Of a stretch of 64,000 bases of DNA, positions 12,599 through 25,189 are shown in pieces. The translations under genes and the position numbers were made by a program. Position 1 is the first letter of the stretch, and each line of letters starts with the position of its first letter. The stretch spans positions 62,001 through 126,000 of the forward strand of contig JBLDXI010000003.1 in assembly GCA_047495785.1 (NCBI GenBank), written 5' to 3'. The notes below the pieces were generated by a model. That model made no database searches, was not told the origin of the DNA, and worked only from the letters and a program-made list of their open reading frames with translations. Source of the stretch: Lepidodermella squamata. Taxonomy: Eukaryota > Animalia > Gastrotricha.

Positions 12599-13757
12599 AT
12601 GCGGTTTATTGAAGTTTCTCTCGTGGTTTTCGCTGGTTGCCTCATGCTGATGTGCCCTGAGCTAGCTGAAAGTGCCCAATTAACTGGAGGTCTTTGTCGT
12701 ACTAATGCCGATTGCCCGCAGAACAACTAGTGAGTGCTTCTAGCGGTTTTTGAATGGCCCTGCTTTGAAATGGTTCGACACCCTACAGCTGCAAGCTTCA
12801 TTTCAATCACGGCATGTGTATCCCGCAGGATGGCAAGGACCAGAATGGTTGCCAAGCGCTCTACGACCTGTGCAACAAAACTGCACTGTGCTGCCCTGGA
12901 CTGTAAGAAATAAGAAATTTGCCAACAACCATAAACGTTGCGATCTCGGCGATAATGCCTAACGAATGATGACAGGAAGCTGCGATAGAAACCCAACAAA
13001 AGCTGTTATGGTTGGAGAAATCGTCAACCATAATTTCTAAAATTCTTAAATTTTCCAATAATTTCTATCCCCACGCATTAAGTATTCCTTATACAATGAA
13101 TCCACTCCTCTTCAAAACAGCTTCCTTCGTTAGGCCAGGCTTACAAAGAAGTATGTATGCCATTTTCGAATGTGTCTATGGTAGAAAAATGAGTCGGAAT
13201 GTTACTCAATATTTGAGTACCGCATGCTTCCAGCTTTTCATTTGAATTTCTAGCACTTGGTGAGCTCAACATTGATTCTGCGACATTTTCGAAATTTTTA
13301 AGTTCTTAGAAGTAGAAAAATTACAACTTAATGTCCCAGTTCGGCATCTACATCACGTTTTTAACAGCCGAAGAACGCCGAACAAAAAGTTTTCGGCGTT
13401 GTCCGGCTGTTAAAAACGTGAAATCGATTTCACCTCTTTGTTCGGCGATGTAGATGCCGGACTGGGAAGTTGCTTGGAAAGCTCAACCACCTATTTAACC
13501 TATTCAACCCAAGTATTCAACAGTTGGGAAAGTATATTTCTGCCTAAGGGCGGAATATGAGCCTGAGCTGTCTTGAGAATACGGCACACACAAATTTTTT
13601 TATGGGCGTGGTATTTCAGCAACTATTCGTTCTTATTGCGTCTTACCTAACTAATCAAATGCGCGTTTTTTCGTCTGTTTTCAGACGCTGCTCTCCTGTC
13701 CCGCCGAAGGGTGGCCTTCTTGGATGGACTTACCAGTGCGTCTCGTCATCCGACTAA
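12599..13757 (+). CDS. Secreted cysteine-rich peptide, copy B, 105 aa
   Basis: Exons 12599-12729, 12789-12902, 13685-13757 with the same intron positions and phases as copy A; MRFIEVSLVVFAGCLMLMCPELAESAQLTGGLCRTNADCPQNNYCKLHFNHGMCIPQDGKDQNGCQALYDLCNKTALCCPGLRCSPVPPKGGLLGWTYQCVSSSD. Confidence 0.88.
13334..13467. mobile_element. Short palindromic MITE in intron 2 of peptide copy B
   Basis: TIR TCCCAGTTCGGCATCTACATC / GATGTAGATGCCGGACTGGGA plus internal inverted repeat CACGTTTTTAACAGCCG..CGGCTGTTAAAAACGTG; not present in the copy A intron. Confidence 0.7.
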
Positions 13758-15024
13758 GGCCATCCAAATCTGAAAAAACAACAATAACGCTCTGACAACA
13801 ATTTAAATCTTGATTTCGTTGAAAATAAATCCAAAATATACGGCACATGGTTTATAACGGAATCGTTTTATTATTATAATTACATCTGGCAACATGAACT
13901 CATTAGTATTTGGAGAAGAGATCACTGAAACAACACGAAATGAATCAATATCGGATTAAAATCAATCAAATAGGCCTCTTTTAGGGGTTCGAACAACCGG
14001 ATTTCACGTTCAATGCTGATACAGAAAAACGTCAACACAATCACAACAAAATTAACTATTTTTTCTCAGTATAATAATATCAGAATATAATAATAGTATA
14101 TTTCCAGCAATATCTTGAGAATTGAGAAAGAAAAATAATTGCGTTCAGTTGCGTTCATGGCAATGCGTGCTCAGTAAATCCACAGCATAATATCAGGTTC
14201 TGTCTTGGATCTTCACAACCACCTTTACCACAGATGATTTGCGACTACGCGGCACAAGAGAGGCAAAATAATAACGAGGAGAAAATACAGGAAAATTGCA
14301 TAACAACGAGATTGTAATAATTCTCTGATGACACCTTTTTATATTCAAAGGCAGTTTTTGATCAATTGCTATAATCGACCAGGTAAGCTGAACTCGCCAA
14401 CTTCTGAATTTTCGTAATTTCCATCGTCAAGCGAAAATTTTCACTTGATTCTGAACTCGACTGTTATTACAGGAAAAAGAGACAGTTCAGCAAATGTTCA
14501 ATTTTCAGAATTTTTCTACAAAATTTCTCGATCACTTGAATTCACTGTCTGAGAATTGGAGCATCCAATTCCACAATTTTTCAAATTTCCGAAATTCTGA
14601 AAATAAAATCATCCACAATATAAGGTTCTCAGCATGAAACTTATTTATATGCCAAGTTGCAAAAGTCAAAATTAGGTAAAGTTATCTAGCTTCGAGAATT
14701 TCCAAAATTTCCGTATAATTTCGGGAACTGTCAAAGTTTTTGATCTTAACAAAAGGGCTACGACGAGAACTTCGGTATGATCAGCTTGAGAATCGGCTGA
14801 TTCCAATCAACTTTTTGAAAGGAAACTTCAGAATTATTTGATTTTCTGCAATTTTACAGATTTTTGGAGATTTTTCGAAGAGCTTAATTTTGAAATTTCG
14901 TAAGGGCAAACTTATTAAACTGAAAATTACTTGAATTTTGAAAATGATGATGAACTAGAAGATTTCTACAAAATCTAGTGAACGTAGTGTTATTTTTTTT
15001 TCGAATTCGATAGATCGAAGTTGT

Positions 15025-18000
15025 TCAGAAGGGGTTGATGCGAAGGCCGGTGTTGAGCGGCGAGTAGCGGTTGACGACGGACCACATCATGGCGTCGCAG
15101 TGCGAGATGGTGGAGGCGCCGTCCTCGAGCGTGAACGGGATGCCTTTAATGGGCTGGCCGCTGAACACGCAGCGGTGCGTCTCCGAGTGCGACGGCAGGT
15201 GGCACCCGGTCGTCGAGAAAATGCCCACGCCGATCGGGCTCGCCGTCTCCACGCCGGCCCGCCGTTGCACCTTCTCGAGCGTCGCGTCGTCGTTGCGCCC
15301 GTTGTTGCCGCCTGTGCTCGCCCGCTGAGCCGCGGCGCTCATCAAGTTTCGAAGCCACGCCGTTTTCTCCGCCGTCACGGTCATTTCTTGCAGCGGAAAG
15401 GCAACTGTCGAACCGCTGCTGCTGAGCGTCAAGGCGGGCGGGTTTTTCTTCAGAAGAGATCTATGATTTAATGAAATCAATTATTATTGAAAAAATTCAA
15501 AATTTTAAAATGAAACGGGAGATGGGATGAAAATTTCTCAAGGCTGAATGGTTTCAATTATTCAATTCAGGAATTATAACAAATTTCAAAATAATTGTTA
15601 TGCATTTTTTGAAGAAAATTAATTACGTTCAATTTTCAAAAATTTAAATTTCAAAAATATGTTCAGGTTGATTCAATTCGAGAGGAGGTGAAAGTGAAAC
15701 GTACATGCAGCTGTCGAAAAGCGGCGCCACAATGGTGAGGTAGAGCCGGCGCATGGCTATAAGCGCGCCGACGTAGGCACTTAGCGTCAGCAGAATCAGC
15801 TTGTTGCTATATATAATATAGTATTCAATTGAATTCAGCGGAAAAATTCAGAAATCGTTTTCTTACTTGGCATTTGCTTCTGCCTGAATGACATCGGTGC
15901 GAATACTGCCTAGCGTATAGACGAGCTCGAAAACATCCGAGGCCGTCCAATCGTCTTGAGCCATTATTTCTGAAAGTGAACATATCGAAAATTGATAGGA
16001 TATTTGCAATGAAATTGTTGTTGAATTTTTGAAATATCCTCAATTTAAAAAATTCTCAAAATATTTACTTTTTAGTAATTTCAACTCATTTTAAGTAATT
16101 CTTTATTTTCCCCAAAATATGTTAAATTTTTTAATAAATCCGATCATAATATTCTACTCACGCATTGCATGATGAAGGCCGAGTTCAAGGCCAGAGGCAG
16201 GTTCGTTTGAGAGGTAAAACAATTGCACGGTTTTGATGACTTGAGGCGTCGCTGATTTGTTGCCGATAGCCAGCGAAGGCACGGCCGCCTGGGCCGATCG
16301 AAGGCACTCACTCGCGTCCGGCAGCTTGGCTCGTTTCAACAGGGCACTTATCGCGAGCTGGTGATCATCAGCCGCCGGCGTGGGCGACGACGGGGCGCCA
16401 GTTACAGGTGAGCCTGGCAGCGAGTGCGGGCTGTGAGGCAGTAACTGGTGCAGGGACATGGAGCAAATGCGGCTGATTGACGACTCGGAACACCCGAATT
16501 TCACCATCAAATCAACGGCCAAATTTCTGATCGAGATAAAAACATACAATTAAAAATAAAACTGGGATAACAAAATCGGCAAAAACAAATGTGGTGCAAT
16601 TTATAGATGAAATTTCAAGGTCGATTTCAAAACGGTGAGGCGATGTAAAGAGAGAAAAACATTGAGTACGTATTTCAAGTTGCCTTGAAACAAATCACAA
16701 ATCATTCGCAGCAAACCTTTCGCATCTTCTTTCATGAAACATTTCGAGAGACAAAAAATTCACTCAAAATCAGGCCAGAGATAACTTGGTATATTTTCGG
16801 AGGGTTCTTTTGAACAAGTTGAAAAATCCGTCGACTTTTTAGAGGCAAACTCGAAGCTCCAGCAAAAACCGAAAAATCAGCTCTGATCTCTGACTTGAGC
16901 TCTGTCAACTATTTCGATTTCTGAGCTCCTTTCCCAAAATTAAAACAGCATAAAACAGCATTTACTCGTTTATTTGTTTTTTTGTTATTAAGGGGTGCGG
17001 CTTGCGCATTAGCACCCTCCCAACCAAGACGCTGGATGATTAGGATACATACCTTAGACACAAATATAATTCGCAGATGGTTAACTTGGATGCCCTAATA
17101 ATTTTGAACCCGCTCGTCTATTCCATACATGTCAATTACAACTTACAAAGTGCGAATATAGTTTAAACTTAGAGCCATATTTTTCTCAATTATCATGTTT
17201 TATCCGATTGAACCGTTTGAGGTGCAAGTGTAAGTCAGCCCGAGGGCACCGAGCTATAAAGAGCTATGCTTGTTTTGTTGAATAATCAGTGAAATATGTT
17301 ACCAAGGGAAAACCTGGTTTATTTTTTTTATGACTTGTCGTGGTCGATTTAAAATATGATTAATAAGGGAAAATGAGAATACTCACGGATTGCGAAAATT
17401 GAGACAGCGCATGGCGATGAGTTCGATGGCAAATTTGACGATGTCGGCGAGGCGCAATTGCACTTGATCATCCGAGGCGGCGGCGAGTCGCTCGCGCAGC
17501 TGCGGCACCGCGTCGATTTTGGCGAGTAGGTACGACCCGATGGTGACAGCGAGTTCCAGCTCGTAGCCGCGAACCAAGGCACATATTGCTTTCTAAAGAG
17601 CAAAGCAGAAACAAATTAGATACATCAATCATACTTCCAAGTCTCTTTGCATGATGAATCATGCGACCGGGATCTATGCTAAGTCGGAACTTGGTTCAGA
17701 CACCAATTCGAGAACATATCAAAGTTTTCCCTATTTTAGGGACAGGGCCAACATGAGGAAAACTTTGTTGCAACTTACCACAGGTTGCTCGGAGGCCATG
17801 TAGCAGCAGGCAGCACTGATTGGCGATCCGCCGCGAAGTTGCGCCGAGGCGTTCTGCTCCGTGAATCGCCTCTGCAAACTGGAAATGACGAAAAACATTA
17901 GAGAAAAGGTTCGATCTTGGTAAAACGTTGAGTCTTACTTCATGATATTAGCGACTTCAGGCGAAACTTGGCCAATTTTCACGGCAACAGCCTTGCTTTT

Positions 18001-21000
18001 TGCGGTTTCAGCTGCTTCGTCTTCGCCCGCCCAGTCTTTTGGCGCTGCTGATTTCAAACTCGCCGGTTGATTGGCCGGCATTTTCTCGATGGCGATCTGC
18101 GACAACAACAGCCCGTCAGAAGTTCGGTGGTCCTGGAACAGCGACAACAGAACCTCCTCGTAAAGCCCGGCGGCGATGGCGTGCGGCATGGCGGCGGCCA
18201 CGTCGCCGTTCTTCAGCGCAAAATTGATGTAACGCCGCGTCAGCTCCAGCCAATAGTCACGTGACACGCCGGGCGCAACCGCCAGCGCGCGATGCCATTC
18301 ACCTGTGATAATTAAATTCCAACAACAATTAGACACTAAATTCATATTATATTTCACTAAAATTCCCAAATGGTTACTCCGCAGCCAATATTTTCAACCC
18401 ATGATATTATAATTTATTTTATCTCATTTAAAGGGCACGGCTTTCGCTTGAGCGCCCTGACCACAACTTTCGGAAATGGTACTGATACATACCTTAGACA
18501 CAAATATAATTCGCAGATGGTTAAATAGTTTAAGAGAAGAAAAACTGACAACCTTCTATCGGTGTATGACTATCGATTTAAGCACTGAATTAAAATTAAA
18601 ATTGACAAAGCTCCAATACAGATTCGATCAAAATAATTTTTTAACTTGATATGAAACCATTTTTTGAATAATGTTTGATTTATTGAAGCTATTAATTTAC
18701 CGCAGACGACTTGCCTTTTGTTCAACTACCTAATTTGTGTTTGATTATTCTAGCATTTGCTAAACTATAATAGTTTTCGAAAAAAAATGAAAAAATGTTC
18801 AATTACCTAAGGACGACATGATTTCGCAGTACTTGAACACGTTGCCGCACAGCATGTGCAACTCGGCGGCGTCGCGCAGCTTGTCGTCCTTCAGTTGGCT
18901 GGCGCGCTGTGCCGACTGCGGCCGGCTCGACTGCCCGCTCGCCTGGCTGCGCTCCAAATGCCACGCGTCCGACTGGCGGTACTTGAGCAGGTGCGCGTAG
19001 TTGACGAAGCCGCGGCGGTATTCGCGCCCCAGCAGCGAGTCGTCCACCCCGATCAACACTTGCGCCAAGCTCCATAGATTCGCCGTAATTCCAGGTGGCT
19101 GAAAACAGAAAAATAATTGTAATAAAACGGATCCAAGACATCAACTTTTTCTCGGACATAAACATCGGTCGCTTCAACTTGTTGAATGGATACTGTCTAC
19201 TGAATGAGCTAATAATAGCCTCGCCCAATTTCCGGAAAATTTACACTTCAGAGGTTTGGTGGAAATTCAACATTCGAACAAAGTCGGCGCGGACCGGAGT
19301 GAGGTTATTCAATAATTAGTAAGGTTATTCAACTATCCCGCGCCAACAAAAATTCATAACTTCTTCAATTTTCTTCATTGAACCGGTGACTCGGACTCGG
19401 AGCGCATTAAATCCTCTAAAATTCGCTAAAATCTCGTTTAATTAGGCAAAGTGCGCGGATAATCGACCGTCTATTATGGAGCAAGACATTGATCGATTTT
19501 CTATTCAAGTTCATAAATTTTCGAAATATTATGACAAACTTTCTCGATAAATTATTCATTTCAATAGAAGGATGGTTAGCGAGCCGTAACTTATTAAAGT
19601 TTTAAAAAATTTTCGAAATTGTTAAATTTCCATAATTTCGAGAATCGATTCAATAAATACTGAGCTTCAATACTGAGCTTTGGAAATTTAAGAAAGGGAT
19701 GAATTGAAATTTTTTATCCATCTAGCTCGTCTGCGTTGTTCTTAAGTAATTTCAATATAAATTGACAAAATTAATTACCCCAAACAGCAATGTCAGTTCT
19801 TTGAGCAAGCTTGCACGCAGATTTTTCGAGTCGCTTTGCGTTTTGCCGACCTCGAAATCCTGCTTAACGCTACGCGATCGGAAGCCACACAGGAGGACGT
19901 TGCTAGCGGCGGCTAAATTGCTATGACTCGTGTCTAACGAGTCGAAACTTGGCTGTTTCTGCGCATCGCCGAACGTTTCATCCAACGGCCGTTCGGCCAT
20001 GGCGGGCAGGAGGGCGCGCTCGGCGAGCCACGACAGCGCCCACAAACGGGCTGTGGAGTCACGAGACGTCGAGGCAAGAATGAACGGCCGGTTGGGGTGA
20101 ACGGCGAGTCCGTAGATGTCGGCGCCGTGGTCACGAACCGCGGCTATGCAGCGCCCGCCGAGGCGAAGGTCCCAGCAGCGCAGCGACGCGTCCCACGAGC
20201 CGGAAACTAGAAGCCATGGAATTTCCGTATTCCAAACAATTCCTGAAAATTAAGTCATAGTTGAAACAAATAGTCATGTGCGTTAGAAAATGTGCATCAA
20301 TTTCCAAAATGAACACTCTGATGAGATCCATAAAAAGTTGAAGTTAGGCACTCAGGACAGATTCAATCGATTCCTTTCAATCAAATTAAATTAATTTTGT
20401 TTCAACCAACCTCGCGTTGGAGCTTCGTGGCCTTCTAGAGCCATGAGTGGCGCTTCTTTCGTGTAGTCCCAAACTCGAACAGTTTTATCGTCCGAAGCTG
20501 AGGCGAAAATGCCGTCCTTCAACGGCGACCATTTAACGGCGAAAACTTTCGCAGAATGGCCACTGAACACGCGAATTGGCGCTTCAGACGACGTCGGACC
20601 GCCGTTTGACGGTTTCCCAGCCGGGATCGCGTAATAAACCCGAATTTTCCCATCTTCACACGCCGTAGCCAACATATCACGACTACTGGGCGACCAATCA
20701 CAACCGAAAACACCGGCAGGATGCACAAATCTCGCCAGAATTTCACCATCAGGAGTGTGAATCACGCATAGATTATCAGCGCCACAGGACGCGATTGCAC
20801 GTTGATCACGCGGGTTCCAAGCCACGCAATAAATCGCCTTACCAGCCGCGTGGAAATTCTGAAAGCGTTTCAGAACCTTCGAGCTATCAACGTCCCATAT
20901 CAGAGAGCCGTTTTTAGCCGTTCCAGCGACTAAACGGTGGTTTTCTTCGCTGGGTGACCAAGAAATCGAGTAGATAATACCCTCGTTTCCGCTCGAATTC

Positions 21001-22292
21001 GCAACAGCACTCCAGTCTCGAACGTCCCATACTTTGATTGTCCCGTCAAAACTCGCTGTCGCTAGATGGTCTGGGTTATCGTACGCGAATTTGCAGTCGA
21101 AAATTGTTTCGACATGACCGAGATCACGCAGAAATTCCCATTTTCTCAATCTCAGATTGTACAAGCCAACTCCGCCGTCGTTGAAAGTGCACAACACCCT
21201 AGCAGGAAATTTTGCGAAGTAAGACCCACTCTGAGTTTGCTCCAGCAAAACATCCACGTCAACTTGTTCGTCATCAGGTGTCGTGAAGCAAACCATGGCT
21301 TGAAATCCGGCTTTTCGCAACTTGATATTTTCCAAGGGAGTATCTTTCGAAACGTTCCATAATCTCAAAATCGCGGCTTTCCCATCGCCGCTCACAAAGA
21401 CGCCCGGACCAGTGGGTACCCAGCTAACAGCCTGCGTTTCAACGGCACTCGTCGGCATTTTGAAACGCGTTATCGTTATCTTGTTAACGGAGTCTATCAG
21501 TCTAATTCCGCTGAATTGGTTTGCGATCAACAGGTAGTCGACAGATCTTGGATCCCACTCAAGACCAAGACAGGGGTCATCTGGTAGTTGATTTGAGGTG
21601 TTACCAGTCGGATCAGGAGGTAGAATGTGCTTATCAGGGCTTGCGTTCTTACTCAGCAGTGATATTGTGCCATTTTTATGGCCAAAAACGATACGATCAG
21701 GCATTTTCGGGTTGACTCGAAATCTGTATACCTCCGATTGGAAAGATTGACTGTTCGGAAAATTTTCCGTATTTCCTTTCGCAGTTTGTGCAGTGAATTT
21801 CCATGATACTAATGGGCCATTTCGGGAGCAAAAGTGAAGTATTCCGTCATCACGAGGGCACCACTGAATTGACTGGGGCAGATGAGGTAGATTCTCTAGC
21901 TTAGCTACTACGCATTGCCGAGAAACATTCCAGATTAAAATCTAAGTTAAGATTGAAAGTGTCAAGAAGCCTGACGACTAGTTGGCCGGTCTCACCTTCA
22001 GGTCAAATCCAGCGCTAGCAAGGAGATTTGGATCTCGACAGTGCCAACTTATAGCCATAATTGTTTTCTTGTGTTCAGCCATTATCGAATGAAGGCGAAA
22101 CTCGCGATGACTGACATCGTACTTTGAAAATAAAATAAAGTTAACATATGTATGAAGTGAATCTGCTACTTGACTTGCCTCGAAAATATATATAGCCAAA
22201 GTTGCGCAGTAAGCGAATCTATTCCCTTTCACTGCGACAATGTCGAAGTTCCAAGGCTGTGCACCAGCAGGGAGCAGTGATATTTGTCTCAT
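15025..22292 (-). CDS. WDR17: WD repeat-containing protein 17
   Basis: N-terminus RQISLLPAGAQPWN..RFAYCATLAIY..FRLHSIMAEHKKTI, GHVETIFDC, multiple WD repeats, and C-terminus GIPFTLEDG.STIS..DAMMW..VNRYSPLNTGLRINPF match WDR17; multi-exon. Confidence 0.93.
16988..17084 (-). repeat. 97-bp dispersed element with terminal hairpin, copy 1 (WDR17 intron)
   Basis: 41 nt identical to 18484-18524; hairpin GGGTGC..GCGCAAGC..GCACCC on the - strand; TTAA at both ends. Confidence 0.75.
18428..18524 (-). repeat. 97-bp dispersed element with terminal hairpin, copy 2 (WDR17 intron)
   Basis: Colinear with 16988-17084 (offset 1440); hairpin GGGCGC..GCGAAAGC..GTGCCC; TTAA at both ends. Confidence 0.75.
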
Positions 22293-22923
22293 CCTGAAGG
22301 GATATCAACGTCGGAATACCTAGCAAATAGAACCGGTGATTGCGTTTAATGGAAAGAATAAATTCTAGATGATCATCGGAAATATTCCACGCTAAGATGA
22401 GCGAGCTAAGATGAAAGAGCAGCAACGAAGGTTGTACGCATCCGAAAATCACAGGATATTTAAAATTGTACAAGCTCAAGAATAGCTTCCGCGCCTTTGC
22501 ACAGCTAACATCAGTTTCCGGAAAACCGGCGGGGCAACAAGACCATGCGATTCCTGTGCGGGACGGGTTGAGGCGCTAAGGACGCTAAAATATGCATTTT
22601 TGCATAATTTATATATTTGCTTGTTAATTGCATTGAATCACTTTAAACAATCAAAATAAAAAATATGTTGAAGAATTGGCGCGCCATTTCAGATGGATGG
22701 TCGCGGGGTTCTTGAAAGTCGTGTGTTTCTGCCCGTCAAAACCGTAACTCAGAACGAAGCATTCGTCGTGAACTTTGGACCCAATTATATTTTACAGGTT
22801 TTTTTCGCGGTCAGCTTAGCTGCCTTGCCAGGACTTTTTTGTTGCCGATGATGACATGAGACCTGGCCCGCTATGAAAACTGTTCATATTCATACTTGTG
22901 ATTTCTCTTTCTCGTAGATCATT

Positions 22924-24461
22924 ATGTCTTTAGTCGGAAAAACTTTGTTCATCACCGGCGCAAGCCGTGGCATTGGCAAGGCGATCGCCCTTCGCGCAGC
23001 TCGCGATGGAGCTAACGTTGTCATCGCTGCGAAGACAGCCGAGCCCCACCCGAAACTTCCGGGAACTATTTATACTGCCGCTGAAGAGAGTCAGTTGATA
23101 CTTTACTACGATTCAACATTCTGTTTACCATTCACTATGTTAAAGTCGAAAAGGCTGGCGGTAAAGCGTTGCCATGCATCGTCGACATTCGCTTCGAAGA
23201 TCAAGTCAACAAGGCAGTCGATCAGGCTGTTGCCAAGTTTGGCGGTATTGACATCCTTGTTAACAACGCGAGTGCGATTTCTCTGACTGGCACTTTGGCT
23301 ACTGATATGAAGCGTTATGATCTGATGCACAGTATCAATACTCGTGGTACATTCCTTTGGTAAGTTGACATGATAACAGTGACATGTCATTTCATGATGG
23401 TTTACGTTCAGCTCGAAGGCGTGTATTCCTCATCTGAAGAAGGGAAAGAACCCGCATATTTTGAACCTTTCGCCGCCTCTCAGCATGCGGCCGCGTTGGT
23501 TCAAGGACCACACTGCCTACACCATGGCAAAGTACGGCATGTCGATGTGCGTTCTGGGCATGTCTGAAGAATTCCGCGCCGACGGAATCGCTGTTAACGC
23601 CCTGTGGCCAAAAACCGCCATCATCACCGCAGCGATGGAAATGCTCGGCGGTAAAGACATCAGCGCGCAGTGCCGAACTGTCGACATCATGTCTGACGCC
23701 GCGCACATCATTCTTACCAAGCCAAGCCGCGAGTTCACTGGCCAGTTCGTGATCGACGAAGAAATTCTGCGGAAACATGGCGTGACTGATTTCGACAAGT
23801 ACGCAAGTGTTAAGGGTGGAACTTTATTGCCTGACTTTTTCGTTGATGACGACATTGCCGATGCGGAAACTGTTGCGAAGGAGTGGAAGTCTGGTATTAA
23901 GAAGCCGACTGAGACGAAACAAGCTGCGCCATCCTCAGCCCCAGGAGGCGTGGCGAAGGTGTTCGACTCGATCAAGGCTATGCTTGCTCCGGATTTGCTC
24001 GATTCCGTCAAGGCGTCGTATCAGTTCGAGCTGAAGGGCGGCGAAGCTGGCTCGTGGTTCTTGGACTTGAAAAACGCGCCTGGCGCTGTCGCCCAGGGCG
24101 GTCCGCCGCAGGGCTCGAAGCCGGCCGACTGCACGATGACGCTGTCCAGTGAAGATTTCCAGGCGATGTTCGCCGGAAAACTCAAGGTAAGAGCACGCGT
24201 TAAAGAAAATTTCATTATTATCAACACACGCACACAGTGTTTCATAGTAACTGGTTCATATAGTAACTCTCAAGTTGCTTAACTTTTTTTGAAAAAATTC
24301 GAAAATTATGTGAATCATTCGTTAAAGATTGCTGTTTGTGTTTTTTTCAGCCGACTGACGCGTTTTTCGGCGGCAAGCTGAAGATCAGCGGCAACATGGG
24401 CGCGGCGATGAAGCTCGAGAAGCTGATGCGCAAGATGGCGCAATCCAAGGCCAAGCTGTGA
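22924..24461 (+). CDS. HSDL2: Hydroxysteroid dehydrogenase-like protein 2 (SDR + SCP2 domain, peroxisomal)
   Basis: ITGASRGIG, AAKTAEPHPKLPGTIY, YTMAKYGMS, VNALWP.TAI.TAA, SCP2 domain, C-terminal PTS1 AKL; exons about 22924-23089, 23146-23359, 23412-24186, 24351-24461. Confidence 0.95.
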
Positions 24462-24691
24462 AGGAACAACAGAGCTAAATCGAACCAACCAAAAATAACT
24501 TCGCATTACGGCTAAATTTTCAGAGCCATTTCATTTGGGTTGTGGGTGCTTTATCGTGAACTATTTGCAACGATTAAAATCGTTTTAAAATATTACTTCG
24601 CCTGCTGAAATTATCTGAAGTGAACAAAGCAATGATTACGTGAGATCATACTCGGCTTTAGGTTGTCTGTTTTTATTTTGATTAAAAAAAA

Positions 24692-25072
24692 ATGACTGGT
24701 CAAACGCGTAAATACGAAAGCCAGGTAAAACCGGTGCATGCGTTGTATGAAGACGCAGCTAAGACAGCGATGCTGGACGATCGTGACCAGGTGGTGATCG
24801 GCTATTTGAAACAGTCGAGTGAAGACATTATCCAAAGCGGATGGGTAATTATACATACTGACATTGCTGGAAATCGAGCCGTGATTTTTCTATTCTCTAT
24901 ATAGGCCCATGTCTACGATCCGAAAGTTGCGCCCGAGTCCAAGTTGGACATCGCCGCGTTGAACGAAGCGTTCTACCGTGAGGCGGACGAGGTTTACGAG
25001 GCGATTGAGGCTTCGCGATGGTACCCGCTCGATCACGTGACTGCTCGATTTGACACACCCGCAAAGAAATAG
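24692..25072 (+). CDS. Small two-exon hypothetical protein, 106 aa
   Basis: Exons 24692-24844 and 24905-25072 with a 60-nt GT-AG intron; MTGQTRKYESQVKPVHALYEDAAKTAMLDDRDQVVIGYLKQSSEDIIQSGWAHVYDPKVAPESKLDIAALNEAFYREADEVYEAIEASRWYPLDHVTARFDTPAKK; AATAAA at about 25123. Confidence 0.7.
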
Positions 25073-25189
25073 TACAGCATAGTGAACACTTTCTAATGCG
25101 TTGCTCAGATTTCGTTTGATACAATAAATAATAAAAAATTGGTAATAAATTTTAGTTTGAGAGTGGCTGTATGTACTTTTTAACCGAAT

